From the NCBI GenBank assembly GCA_017524405.1, contig JAFWSJ010000014.1, forward strand, positions 65,623 to 129,622: a stretch of DNA of 64,000 bases, given 5' to 3'. This DNA is from Candidatus Saccharimonadota bacterium. GTDB taxonomy: Bacteria > Patescibacteriota > Saccharimonadia > Saccharimonadales > Saccharimonadaceae. Below the pieces are notes generated by a model that was given only the letters and a program-made list of their open reading frames with translations, had not been told where the DNA came from and did not search any database. Shown in pieces: positions 51,468 to 59,510 of this stretch; positions within the stretch are counted from its first letter, which is position 1; every line of letters starts with the position of its first letter. The translations under genes and the position numbers were made by a program.

Positions 51468-54013
51468 AAATATTAGTCGGCTACATTGATGGGGTTCTTT
51501 CTTCGGGTATTAATCGATACCTTTTTGATTTCAAAGATAAAAACAAAGACTTAGACCTCACTTTTTTAACTCGAAGCGAGATTTGTGATGTCGAAGAAAA
51601 GACGGGGAGGAGCGATATTACCCTTAGAAAAATTTCCCGCAATCGCCACCCAATAAAACAGCTATTAGAAATGAGAAAAATTATCAAGGCAGATAACTAT
51701 GACGCCGCGTACTTTAACATATCGGAATCCTACAATTTCGTCGGCATTATTGCCTCAAAAATATTCGGAGTTAAAAACGTAGTGGTCCACGCCCACGCCT
51801 CTGGCGCAGACGAGCCCAAAGCTATATCGAGATTTGCAGCCAGATTGCTCAACTGGCTATGCAAACCGGCCTTAAGTTTTACCGCAGACCATTTTCTCGC
51901 CAGTTCCGAAAAGTCAGCAAAATGGGTGTTCGGCAGAAGCGTCTATGACACCAACTCTTACGACATTGTCTGGAGCCAAATAGATAAAAACAGGTTCGTC
52001 CGCAACGAGAAAACACGGAACAAAGTTAGAAAGGCCTTAAAGATAACGGATGATTTTGTTATTGGGCACGTTGGGAGATTCTGCTATGCGAAAAACCATC
52101 GCTTTATTCTAAAGGTTTTTAAGGGGGTGGCGAACGAAGTACCAAATGCAAAGCTGGTACTAATTGGGGATGGCGAGCAAAAAGAAGAGATCAAGAAACT
52201 CATTGCTAAGATGGGCCTAGAAGATAAGGTGATCATTTTGGACCCGCTTCCAAATATAGCGGACTACATTCAGTCTTTCGATGTTTTTGTGCTACCCTCT
52301 CATTTCGAAGGATTATCTTTTGTTGCCCTAGAGGCGCAAGAGCTCGGGGTGCCATGCCTCGTTTCAGAAAACGTTCCAGACATCGTCTCCGTTACTAAAA
52401 ATATTAGGTACTTAAGCATACGGAGGCCCTCATTGTGGGTTAAAGCCGTTCGCTCCATCCGAAACGGCGAGCAACTCAAGCCCAATAAAACTGTGGCGGA
52501 ACACGACGAAATTTCGGCGAAAAGCTATTTAGCGAAAAAAGATTCAGAAAGAACCTACCTGATTCCTGCGCTTCTGAAAACATTGCTTACAGCTCACTAC
52601 ATACTTAACGTGACCGCCTTTCTTAATGGTTTTAATCTGTTACTAATTCCTTCTTTTGTTTTACTAGTTCTCTTTACGTTCGTGCGATTCCCCGCTTTCT
52701 TCAAGCGAAAAATCGATTATGCAAGGCTCTTCCTTCCATTGGCGCTATTTATAATTAGTTACATAGTCACATTTGTTATTTCTGAGAAATTTGATATCCC
52801 CACCTCTATTAAAGTCTTGTTCTGGACAGCACTGCACTTCTTTTTCATCTTCGACGTTTTTTACGCAAACAATCGTCGCTCCATAAAAAAAGAATTTTAC
52901 ATTCTCTGCAGACCGCTAATTCTGCTAATCTCTTCAGTCAATATACACAACATTCTCTTATTAATTCTTGGCACTTCTTCCGTCCGCCGAGTGTATAATG
53001 GGCATCTGCACAGATTCGGCCTTTCGACCTGGGGCCGCTTTTATGGTAATTATTACGACCCAAATCTAGCCTCCACCGTCTGCGTATGCGCCATCGTTCT
53101 TTCTTTCTACTTGATTACGATATCTAAAAGCAGAATAAGACAAACACTTCTAGCCGCATCAATTATCGTCAATTTGCTCTACGTTTATTTTTGCGAATCA
53201 AGAACAGGTCTCGTGACCTTAGGGATTGCCATCTTCTCATATGCACTATTGGACATAATTATCAAACAAAACAAGCGAGTTCGAAAGTCGATCATTGCGA
53301 TTTTCGTATTTGTCTTATCGATTTTTGCCCTTCCGAAGATAACAATAGGGGCTTACAACTATATTTACATGTCCGTAAGTTATAACCCGTCATCCTCCAC
53401 CGCAAAATCCGTAAATTATAACCCGTCATCCTCCACCGCAAAATCCGCCATTACCCCCGATAATAAGACATCCAGTAACTTGCCGATCATAGACACCACA
53501 CCTTCGGAAGAGTCTCAGGATGTGCGCATTTCAAGGAAAGACGGCCAAGATGACGTTTCAAATGGTCGGATGGATTTGTGGAAGGGCTCTTTTGAACTAT
53601 TTAAAATGAAGCCCGTCTTAGGTATAGGTTTTTCTAATATCACGCAGTTTGCCGCTAAATATGCGCCGAATACGTCAATCGCGAAGCGAAGAATGAGCTC
53701 GCTGCATAACCTATTTATAGAGGTGTTCGTTTCGCAAGGCATCATTGGCCTAGCTATAATTATGGCTTTCTTTACGATATCCCTGCTAATATTTATTCGC
53801 GGGATAATAGATATTTCAAAACGCAGAACATCAGCATCCGGCCAAGAGCCCGCACTAATCGCTTGCATATTCGCCATTTTCGCCGCCGCAATGCTCGAGC
53901 CTTTGTTACTCTATACAAACAATGTGGCTTCTTTTGAGTTCTGGCTATTACTTGGCTTTCTCATGGCAACAGTCGCAAGAAAGCCTTATCATAAGGCAAT
54001 AAATAATAATTAG
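51464..54013 (+). CDS. fusion of a GT4 glycosyltransferase (N-terminal) and a Wzy/O-antigen-ligase-like polymerase (C-terminal)
   Basis: 849 aa. GT4 EX7E region (PSHFEGLSFVALEAQELGVPCL), then about 10 hydrophobic helices with SLHNLFIEVFVSQGIIGL. Confidence 0.8.
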   Translation: MKILVGYIDGVLSSGINRYLFDFKDKNKDLDLTFLTRSEICDVEEKTGRSDITLRKISRNRHPIKQLLEMRKIIKADNYDAAYFNISESYNFVGIIASKIFGVKNVVVHAHASGADEPKAISRFAARLLNWLCKPALSFTADHFLASSEKSAKWVFGRSVYDTNSYDIVWSQIDKNRFVRNEKTRNKVRKALKITDDFVIGHVGRFCYAKNHRFILKVFKGVANEVPNAKLVLIGDGEQKEEIKKLIAKMGLEDKVIILDPLPNIADYIQSFDVFVLPSHFEGLSFVALEAQELGVPCLVSENVPDIVSVTKNIRYLSIRRPSLWVKAVRSIRNGEQLKPNKTVAEHDEISAKSYLAKKDSERTYLIPALLKTLLTAHYILNVTAFLNGFNLLLIPSFVLLVLFTFVRFPAFFKRKIDYARLFLPLALFIISYIVTFVISEKFDIPTSIKVLFWTALHFFFIFDVFYANNRRSIKKEFYILCRPLILLISSVNIHNILLLILGTSSVRRVYNGHLHRFGLSTWGRFYGNYYDPNLASTVCVCAIVLSFYLITISKSRIRQTLLAASIIVNLLYVYFCESRTGLVTLGIAIFSYALLDIIIKQNKRVRKSIIAIFVFVLSIFALPKITIGAYNYIYMSVSYNPSSSTAKSVNYNPSSSTAKSAITPDNKTSSNLPIIDTTPSEESQDVRISRKDGQDDVSNGRMDLWKGSFELFKMKPVLGIGFSNITQFAAKYAPNTSIAKRRMSSLHNLFIEVFVSQGIIGLAIIMAFFTISLLIFIRGIIDISKRRTSASGQEPALIACIFAIFAAAMLEPLLLYTNNVASFEFWLLLGFLMATVARKPYHKAINNN
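53375..53446 (+). repeat. tandem 36-nt duplication inside the Wzy-like domain
   Basis: GTAAGTTATAACCCGTCATCCTCCACCGCAAAATCC x2 (35/36 identical), encoding VSYNPSSSTAKS and VNYNPSSSTAKS. Confidence 0.95.
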
Positions 54014-54037
54014 CCGGCACTAGCCTATCGAATAATC

Positions 54038-55027
54038 TTATACTTTCCTATATACTTCTTCGATCGGCTTCCTGACACTGGCTGGAACTTTCGTCTTCTC
54101 GTCGTAGTAACCAGCCGCAATCATGACAGCAACCTTTTCATTGTCTGGGATATTGAGCACTTTTTTCATTTCACACTCTTCATCGTACGAGTCTCCATAC
54201 TCAAGAAAACACGATCCTATCCCGAGAGAATGTAGCGCATTTACAAAATTCATCGACACCAAGCCGGAATTTAAATATCCTTGGCATATTTCGGACTCAT
54301 TACAAAGGGCCGATACGTCATACGTAACAACGAACATGCCGATATAGCCTTTTTTAAAGTTAGTTAACCCGTGTGCATATTTATATATGCTCTCTCTAAT
54401 CGAATCCGATGATATGTTGTAGATTTTGCACATCTGCCTATTGCATGCGGTCGGTGTTAATATCGCCATCTTTACCGCACGCCTAATATCCGATTCTGAC
54501 ATTTTTTTATTAGCATAAGACCTAACGCTATGCCTGCTCTTCAGAAACTTCTCATAGTCAATAGCCCCATCGGCAACCATCTCTTTTCTAAGGACGACTT
54601 TTGTCCCCCCAATCCCCACCGTAAGCCCGTTGCTGTTAATATATTTCTTAACCTCTTCATATTCCGGTCTCTCATTCCAGCCATGCTCCTCATAAAAGCG
54701 CACATATTCAATTAAAATCCCACAGCCCATATCGAATGCATAATCATGTCGCCACCCATTCTTTTCATATATATCGAGATATTCAATTATGTTGCGAATT
54801 TTTTGGGTTCCAAAATATCTGGGATTGGGGCTCGTCATCCCTTTTTCTAGCGCATGCACTTCGAGAAGAATCTTATAGCCAATTTTGTTTTCGTCAGTTT
54901 TAGAATTTATCCAATTGCGCTTATAGCTCCGGATAAGCCTGTTGCTATATTTATTTATCTTGCCATTACGAATAGCAGTCGCTACGAATGGCAGCCGTTT
55001 TTTAATACTTTCCTTTACGCTAGACAT
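54038..55027 (-). CDS. nitroreductase-family protein with an extra N-terminal domain
   Basis: 329 aa. FLKSRHSVRSY and LTPTACNRQ in the C-terminal half. Confidence 0.75.
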   Translation of the reverse strand: MSSVKESIKKRLPFVATAIRNGKINKYSNRLIRSYKRNWINSKTDENKIGYKILLEVHALEKGMTSPNPRYFGTQKIRNIIEYLDIYEKNGWRHDYAFDMGCGILIEYVRFYEEHGWNERPEYEEVKKYINSNGLTVGIGGTKVVLRKEMVADGAIDYEKFLKSRHSVRSYANKKMSESDIRRAVKMAILTPTACNRQMCKIYNISSDSIRESIYKYAHGLTNFKKGYIGMFVVTYDVSALCNESEICQGYLNSGLVSMNFVNALHSLGIGSCFLEYGDSYDEECEMKKVLNIPDNEKVAVMIAAGYYDEKTKVPASVRKPIEEVYRKV

Positions 55028-56426
55028 ACTTCCTTCTCAATTTTTTATAAATTTGTTTCATTGAGCCTGCATTTAGGTATATTGCCGACGCTACTGACAA
55101 TACCATCATCGCAATGCTCATGTATATACTCTTATTATAGTAGCACACTAATATTCCCGCTCCCAAAACAGCAATGAGGAAGACTTTTCTGGCGTCATAG
55201 CGAATTTTAAAGTATTTTTTGCTAACGTCGTGCGTTCTATAAATGGCAAATACTAAATATGACGCAAGCGTCGATACGACGGCCGCATATAGACCGATCC
55301 ATCTAATTAGCAAAAGGTGGACAACGATATTAATGATGGCAGAGATGATTGACGTATTCGCTATAGCTTTAGTATTATTCTTCGCTATATAGACCACACT
55401 AATTAGGCCAACGACAACCTGGAAAACCGCTGCGAGTATTGGGATGGGAATAAGATAATATGCGTCTGTATAATTATCATTTACCAGTATCTTAAAAATT
55501 ATTGGCATAAATGCTATGGTGCAGAAGCCAAGAGATACAAATACGTACAGAATTTTGTTAAATACATTATTAAAATATTTCTCAATATCGCCATCATTTA
55601 TATGCAAAGCTACGGACTCTGTCCAGCTCATATGAAAAATGTTATAGATTATGATAATTATGCTCGAAAACTTATAAGAAACAGAGAGCACGCCATTCGA
55701 CGCGAGGCCTAGCATCAAAGACACAATCACTCTGTCTGATGTATTAAATACCCACCACGACAGCTGGTTTGGGACTAGCGGAACCGAATATCTAATTAGG
55801 CGTTTCAGTGTTTTCTTAGTGCAATAATGAACTGAAAACAATTTATATATTTTTAGCCTTAGGAATAAATATACTATTCCAACTAAGTATCCAGCTAGCG
55901 TACCCAAGAGCATGCCATCGACTCTAAGATGGATTGAAACCAAAAACAGCACATTGCACGCTATAGTGACTACCGCGGTGATTATTCCTGCTGCTGAGTA
56001 TTCTTTGTTTTCGCCTATGCCTCTCGATATCTGAAGCAGCATAGTCGACAGCACACAGGCGACCGCATTGGTTGCAAGGAAATATTTGTATTCGTTATGA
56101 ATGAACGGACTGACCGCTAAGAAAATCAACAGGTATACGAAAGCGCTCGCGACGGTAAACAGTATCCCCGTAGATATCACCTCTCTTTTCTTCTTTTCTT
56201 CTTTCCTGCTATCAATTAAGAACCTAAAAACGCCCTGTTCAATCTGCAAACTCATTATAGGCACGGCTAAGGACACTATTGTCATGAATAGATCTACAAT
56301 TCCGTATTCTTCCGTGGTCAAGATACTAGTGTAAAGTGGAAGCAACAAAAATGTCAGTAGTTTCGTGCATATAGTGCCGATTGCTATAATAATAGTATTC
56401 TTAGCTAAATCCCTACCCCTATTCAT
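55020..56426 (-). CDS. wzx: Wzx-type polysaccharide flippase (MOP superfamily)
   Basis: 468 aa, polytopic and A+T-rich. Lies between the pyruvyl transferase and the nitroreductase. Confidence 0.85.
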   Translation of the reverse strand: MNRGRDLAKNTIIIAIGTICTKLLTFLLLPLYTSILTTEEYGIVDLFMTIVSLAVPIMSLQIEQGVFRFLIDSRKEEKKKREVISTGILFTVASAFVYLLIFLAVSPFIHNEYKYFLATNAVACVLSTMLLQISRGIGENKEYSAAGIITAVVTIACNVLFLVSIHLRVDGMLLGTLAGYLVGIVYLFLRLKIYKLFSVHYCTKKTLKRLIRYSVPLVPNQLSWWVFNTSDRVIVSLMLGLASNGVLSVSYKFSSIIIIIYNIFHMSWTESVALHINDGDIEKYFNNVFNKILYVFVSLGFCTIAFMPIIFKILVNDNYTDAYYLIPIPILAAVFQVVVGLISVVYIAKNNTKAIANTSIISAIINIVVHLLLIRWIGLYAAVVSTLASYLVFAIYRTHDVSKKYFKIRYDARKVFLIAVLGAGILVCYYNKSIYMSIAMMVLSVASAIYLNAGSMKQIYKKLRRKYV

Positions 56427-57535
56427 CTCTTCGCCTCAATCGCACCAATAAGCCATTTCGATGATTTATTTCTTTCTTTTTCGAGCTTATCGTTTACCGC
56501 GCCCCAATCAATCGCGCGTTTGCACGCTTCTTCTAGTTTTTTCCCATCCGCAACTATCTTTCCGGAGAGACCAAGGATGCCGGTTAGGGTAGTAATTCGC
56601 TCAGAATACGTACTCGGGATGATAATCATTTCCTTATTCAGGATGGCGGACAATGCGGTCCCGTGAAAGCTAGTAGTCACAACTATTTCCGAATTATACA
56701 GTAGGTTCAAGAATTCATATGGGCCAGCACAGTACATCGAATGATTTTTGGCGCGAATTTTGCCGCCTTTATTCCACTTATCAAAAAACACTACTTCCAG
56801 ATTACGCTCCCTAGCAATACTATTGACTGCTTCATAGTATAGCTCGGTGGCATTCCCAACACTATATGCAAACAGATATTTGCCTGCGACAATCCTTTTG
56901 CCAGGAATGACGGATTTCCATTCGTCCAACGTCAATAATATGGTGGGGTCAGCTACAAGTTTGACTCCTTTGATGCCTTGGCGCGAAATTGTATCCTCTA
57001 GGCTTCGCTCCCTCACCGAGACAGCGTCATAAGTCTTTAGAATGTTTTTAAAATACTCCTTTTTTTCCAAATATACGTCGGCATTGCCGCTACTGGCGGC
57101 GTAGGATATTTTTTTAAAATCTCCTCTTCCAAAATTTAGAGAATACACGTCGTCGACGCCGCCCGTAATAGTATGATTCCAAACCTGGTCGCTCCCCACT
57201 ATATAGGCGTCGGCTTGAGGGTACTCCCCACTTTTGACAGCGCTCAGCGTATAGCAATCGGATATTTTTAGCTCGCTCCTGAATCTATTGAAGCTGTGCG
57301 TCCTTTTCGACGTTTTTCGCAGATTAATCAAATCTTTAACTAGTCCCAGTGCCATCTTGGCGCCAGTGTTGTTATAAAATGTAAATCTTTTATAGCAGTT
57401 CGATATGGCCCTATTGTCGTAATTCAATATTTTTGTGTCATATTTTTTGGATAAAAATCTCTGCAACGCATACGCTTGAAGTATGGCACCGTAGTTGTTG
57501 GCCTTATGGAATGTGATTGTGTATATTTTTTTCAT
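56423..57535 (-). CDS. polysaccharide pyruvyl transferase family protein
   Basis: 370 aa. N-terminal ITFHKANNYGAILQAYALQ is typical of this family. Confidence 0.8.
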   Translation of the reverse strand: MKKIYTITFHKANNYGAILQAYALQRFLSKKYDTKILNYDNRAISNCYKRFTFYNNTGAKMALGLVKDLINLRKTSKRTHSFNRFRSELKISDCYTLSAVKSGEYPQADAYIVGSDQVWNHTITGGVDDVYSLNFGRGDFKKISYAASSGNADVYLEKKEYFKNILKTYDAVSVRERSLEDTISRQGIKGVKLVADPTILLTLDEWKSVIPGKRIVAGKYLFAYSVGNATELYYEAVNSIARERNLEVVFFDKWNKGGKIRAKNHSMYCAGPYEFLNLLYNSEIVVTTSFHGTALSAILNKEMIIIPSTYSERITTLTGILGLSGKIVADGKKLEEACKRAIDWGAVNDKLEKERNKSSKWLIGAIEAKR

Positions 57536-57678
57536 GATAATTATTCAAGAGTGCAAAACTCAACCATCAACGATATGCGCTAAATTCTGCGCGCGCTGAT
57601 ACTATGTCATATTTTACCATATCGATAATTAGTTTGCACCTTCGCGAGGGGTGGTAATCAATAGCGGCAATCGGTTGG

Positions 57679-57696
57679 TGTATAATAACAATTATG
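57679..57696 (+). promoter_or_regulatory. extended -10 box 7 nt from the ATG (predicted leaderless)
   Basis: TGTATAAT-AACAATT-ATG. Confidence 0.5.
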
Positions 57697-58779
57697 AGAA
57701 CAGCCCCCCCCCTCGAACATAGTTCAGCTAGAAAGAATCGTCGCTCGCAAGAGAGGCTATATTATCTCGATATATTAAATATTCTAGCGATACTAGGAGT
57801 ATTGTTTCTCCATCATAACGGCATAGTTCACACTTACAGCAATTCAAGCTCTTGGGCGCAATCTCTCATCGTGAAATGTATTTTTTATTATTCTGTTCCT
57901 CTTTTCCTCATGATAACTGGAGCTACCCTCCTCGGGTACCGCAAACGCTACGATACAAAAACTTTCTTCAAAAAGCGTTTCATGAAAATCCTCATCCCCT
58001 TGATATGCTGGTCTGCATTAATGATGCTTTGGGACGTCTTCATAACTCGCTCCGTCAATATGCCGACATCGTTCGCTAGCTTCTTTAACATGTTTATGTA
58101 CTCGAAGTTTAATTCAATCTACTATTTCATGTTCGTAATTCTTGGGATATATATCACAATCCCCACACTTTCGCCCCTTTCCGAAAACAAGAATCGCGGT
58201 ATTCTAAAATACACTATTGTTGCCTTCTTCGTCCTAAACACTTTGATTCCAGATCTATTGCAGTTTACGCAACTGTCCGTAAATCCAAACCTTAAGCTTC
58301 AGCTAGCCGGCTGGATAATTCTTCCGCTCGTGGGGTACTATTTAAATACCACCTCTTTCAGTAAGCGTCAGCGCATACTTATTTATCTGCTTGGTGCTGC
58401 TTCCGTTGCTTATCATTTCTTAATTACTTACTGCCTCTCTACGTCGTCTGGAATTTTAAAAACTCCAGCTTCGGACTATGGACAATTCCATGTGATTTTA
58501 TCTACCTCCGCCGTCTTCGTATTTTTCAAAAATCTTCGTCTAAAATTATCCCCTAGGGCATCGGGCGCGCTAAAGACTCTGGCTGGTTGTAGTTTTGGAA
58601 TATTTTTATGCCACATACTTATTATGCATTACGAATCCGCTATAATTCGGCACGCGTTCGGCTTGCAGACCTCTTCATGGATCTATCGCCTTCTCTGCCC
58701 ATTCCTTACCTACGCTCTTTGCGTCGGGCTAGTCCTAATCCTCAAAAAGATTCCGTTCTTGCGGCGTATCGTCCCGTAA
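57694..58779 (+). CDS. acyltransferase family 3 (O-acyltransferase) membrane protein
   Basis: 361 aa, polytopic. RLYYLDILNILAILGVLFLH N-terminal motif. Confidence 0.85.
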   Translation: MRTAPPLEHSSARKNRRSQERLYYLDILNILAILGVLFLHHNGIVHTYSNSSSWAQSLIVKCIFYYSVPLFLMITGATLLGYRKRYDTKTFFKKRFMKILIPLICWSALMMLWDVFITRSVNMPTSFASFFNMFMYSKFNSIYYFMFVILGIYITIPTLSPLSENKNRGILKYTIVAFFVLNTLIPDLLQFTQLSVNPNLKLQLAGWIILPLVGYYLNTTSFSKRQRILIYLLGAASVAYHFLITYCLSTSSGILKTPASDYGQFHVILSTSAVFVFFKNLRLKLSPRASGALKTLAGCSFGIFLCHILIMHYESAIIRHAFGLQTSSWIYRLLCPFLTYALCVGLVLILKKIPFLRRIVP

Positions 58780-58782
58780 GTG

Positions 58783-58943
58783 TGCTACAATATTATTAAG
58801 CATTAACGGTCTGACCCACCGTAGATGTGGAGTGTGAACACGTGGAGTGTGATCACTATAACAAACAGCGGCTCTTTATCCGCCAGGCTATGGACATGAG
58901 GCCTGGCGGATGCCGCATCTAGGCCTATGCGCCCCGCACGATC
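58783..58943 (+). promoter_or_regulatory. TGCTACAAT promoter plus a roughly 147-nt structured leader upstream of the vanZ-like gene
   Basis: Extended -10 at 58783-58791, tandem 15-mers at 58827-58856 and an 11-bp-stem hairpin at 58878-58911. No SD before ATG 58944. Confidence 0.45.
58827..58856 (+). repeat. tandem 15-nt direct repeat in the leader
   Basis: GTGGAGTGTGAACAC GTGGAGTGTGATCAC (14/15). The second copy contains the palindrome GTGATCAC. Confidence 0.9.
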
Positions 58944-59510
58944 ATGAAGAAAACTACGAAGATCAAAATCGCGAAGATTGTCGCAATCTGTCTCGTCGCC
59001 ATTCTCTGGATGGGCGGCATTTTTAAGCTCTCTAGCATGAATTCCGACAATTCTAACGGTCACAGCACTGATATTCTCGCCGTCTTTATCGAGGACACCC
59101 TAGAGGTAACAAATAAAGCCGGCATCACGAATTCTAATCCTAGCGAAAAGAAGCTCGCGAAGGCGACAAAGCTCATTAATGCACCGCTTCGCAAGGTCAT
59201 GCACGCGAGCGTTTACTTCGGCCTAGCCTTCATCATTATGTTGGTTTGCGGCATCGCCTTCGATCATCGGCGCTATGCCCTTTCCTGCATTATCGCGTTC
59301 GCCGTCGCCGCTATTTTCGCCTGTACTGACGAATTCCATCAGACCCTAGTGCCGGGTCGCACCGGCCAGGCGCTAGACGTCCTTATTGACTCTGCGGGCG
59401 CCGCAGCAGGAATTTTGTTTTATTCTACCTATCGTTTTGCGTACTGCCTCGGCATGCGCCATCAAAAAGCATTAACCAATAAGGAGAAAGTGGATGCCAA
59501 GCAAGAGTAG
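58944..59510 (+). CDS. VanZ-like family membrane protein
   Basis: 188 aa. KVMHASVYFGLAFII and DEFHQTLVPGRTGQALDVLIDSAGAAAG. Confidence 0.8.
   Translation: MKKTTKIKIAKIVAICLVAILWMGGIFKLSSMNSDNSNGHSTDILAVFIEDTLEVTNKAGITNSNPSEKKLAKATKLINAPLRKVMHASVYFGLAFIIMLVCGIAFDHRRYALSCIIAFAVAAIFACTDEFHQTLVPGRTGQALDVLIDSAGAAAGILFYSTYRFAYCLGMRHQKALTNKEKVDAKQE

Noticed and set aside
53375-53446. Possible CRISPR-like or minisatellite array
   Set aside because: There are only two directly adjacent copies with no spacers, and they lie in frame inside a CDS. It is a coding tandem duplication.
58878-58911. Known riboswitch class (for example ZTP/pfl, because of the CCGCCAGGC/GCCTGGCGG stem)
   Set aside because: From memory, the pfl consensus (…CCGCCUGGGC with an upstream GGGUCGUG pseudoknot partner) is not matched. 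The gene context (vanZ/LCP) also does not fit. An Infernal scan would be needed.
58803-59063. 86-aa minus-strand ORF spanning the vanZ leader
   Set aside because: It has no SD or promoter, and it overlaps the vanZ-like start. The region is better explained as a structured leader.
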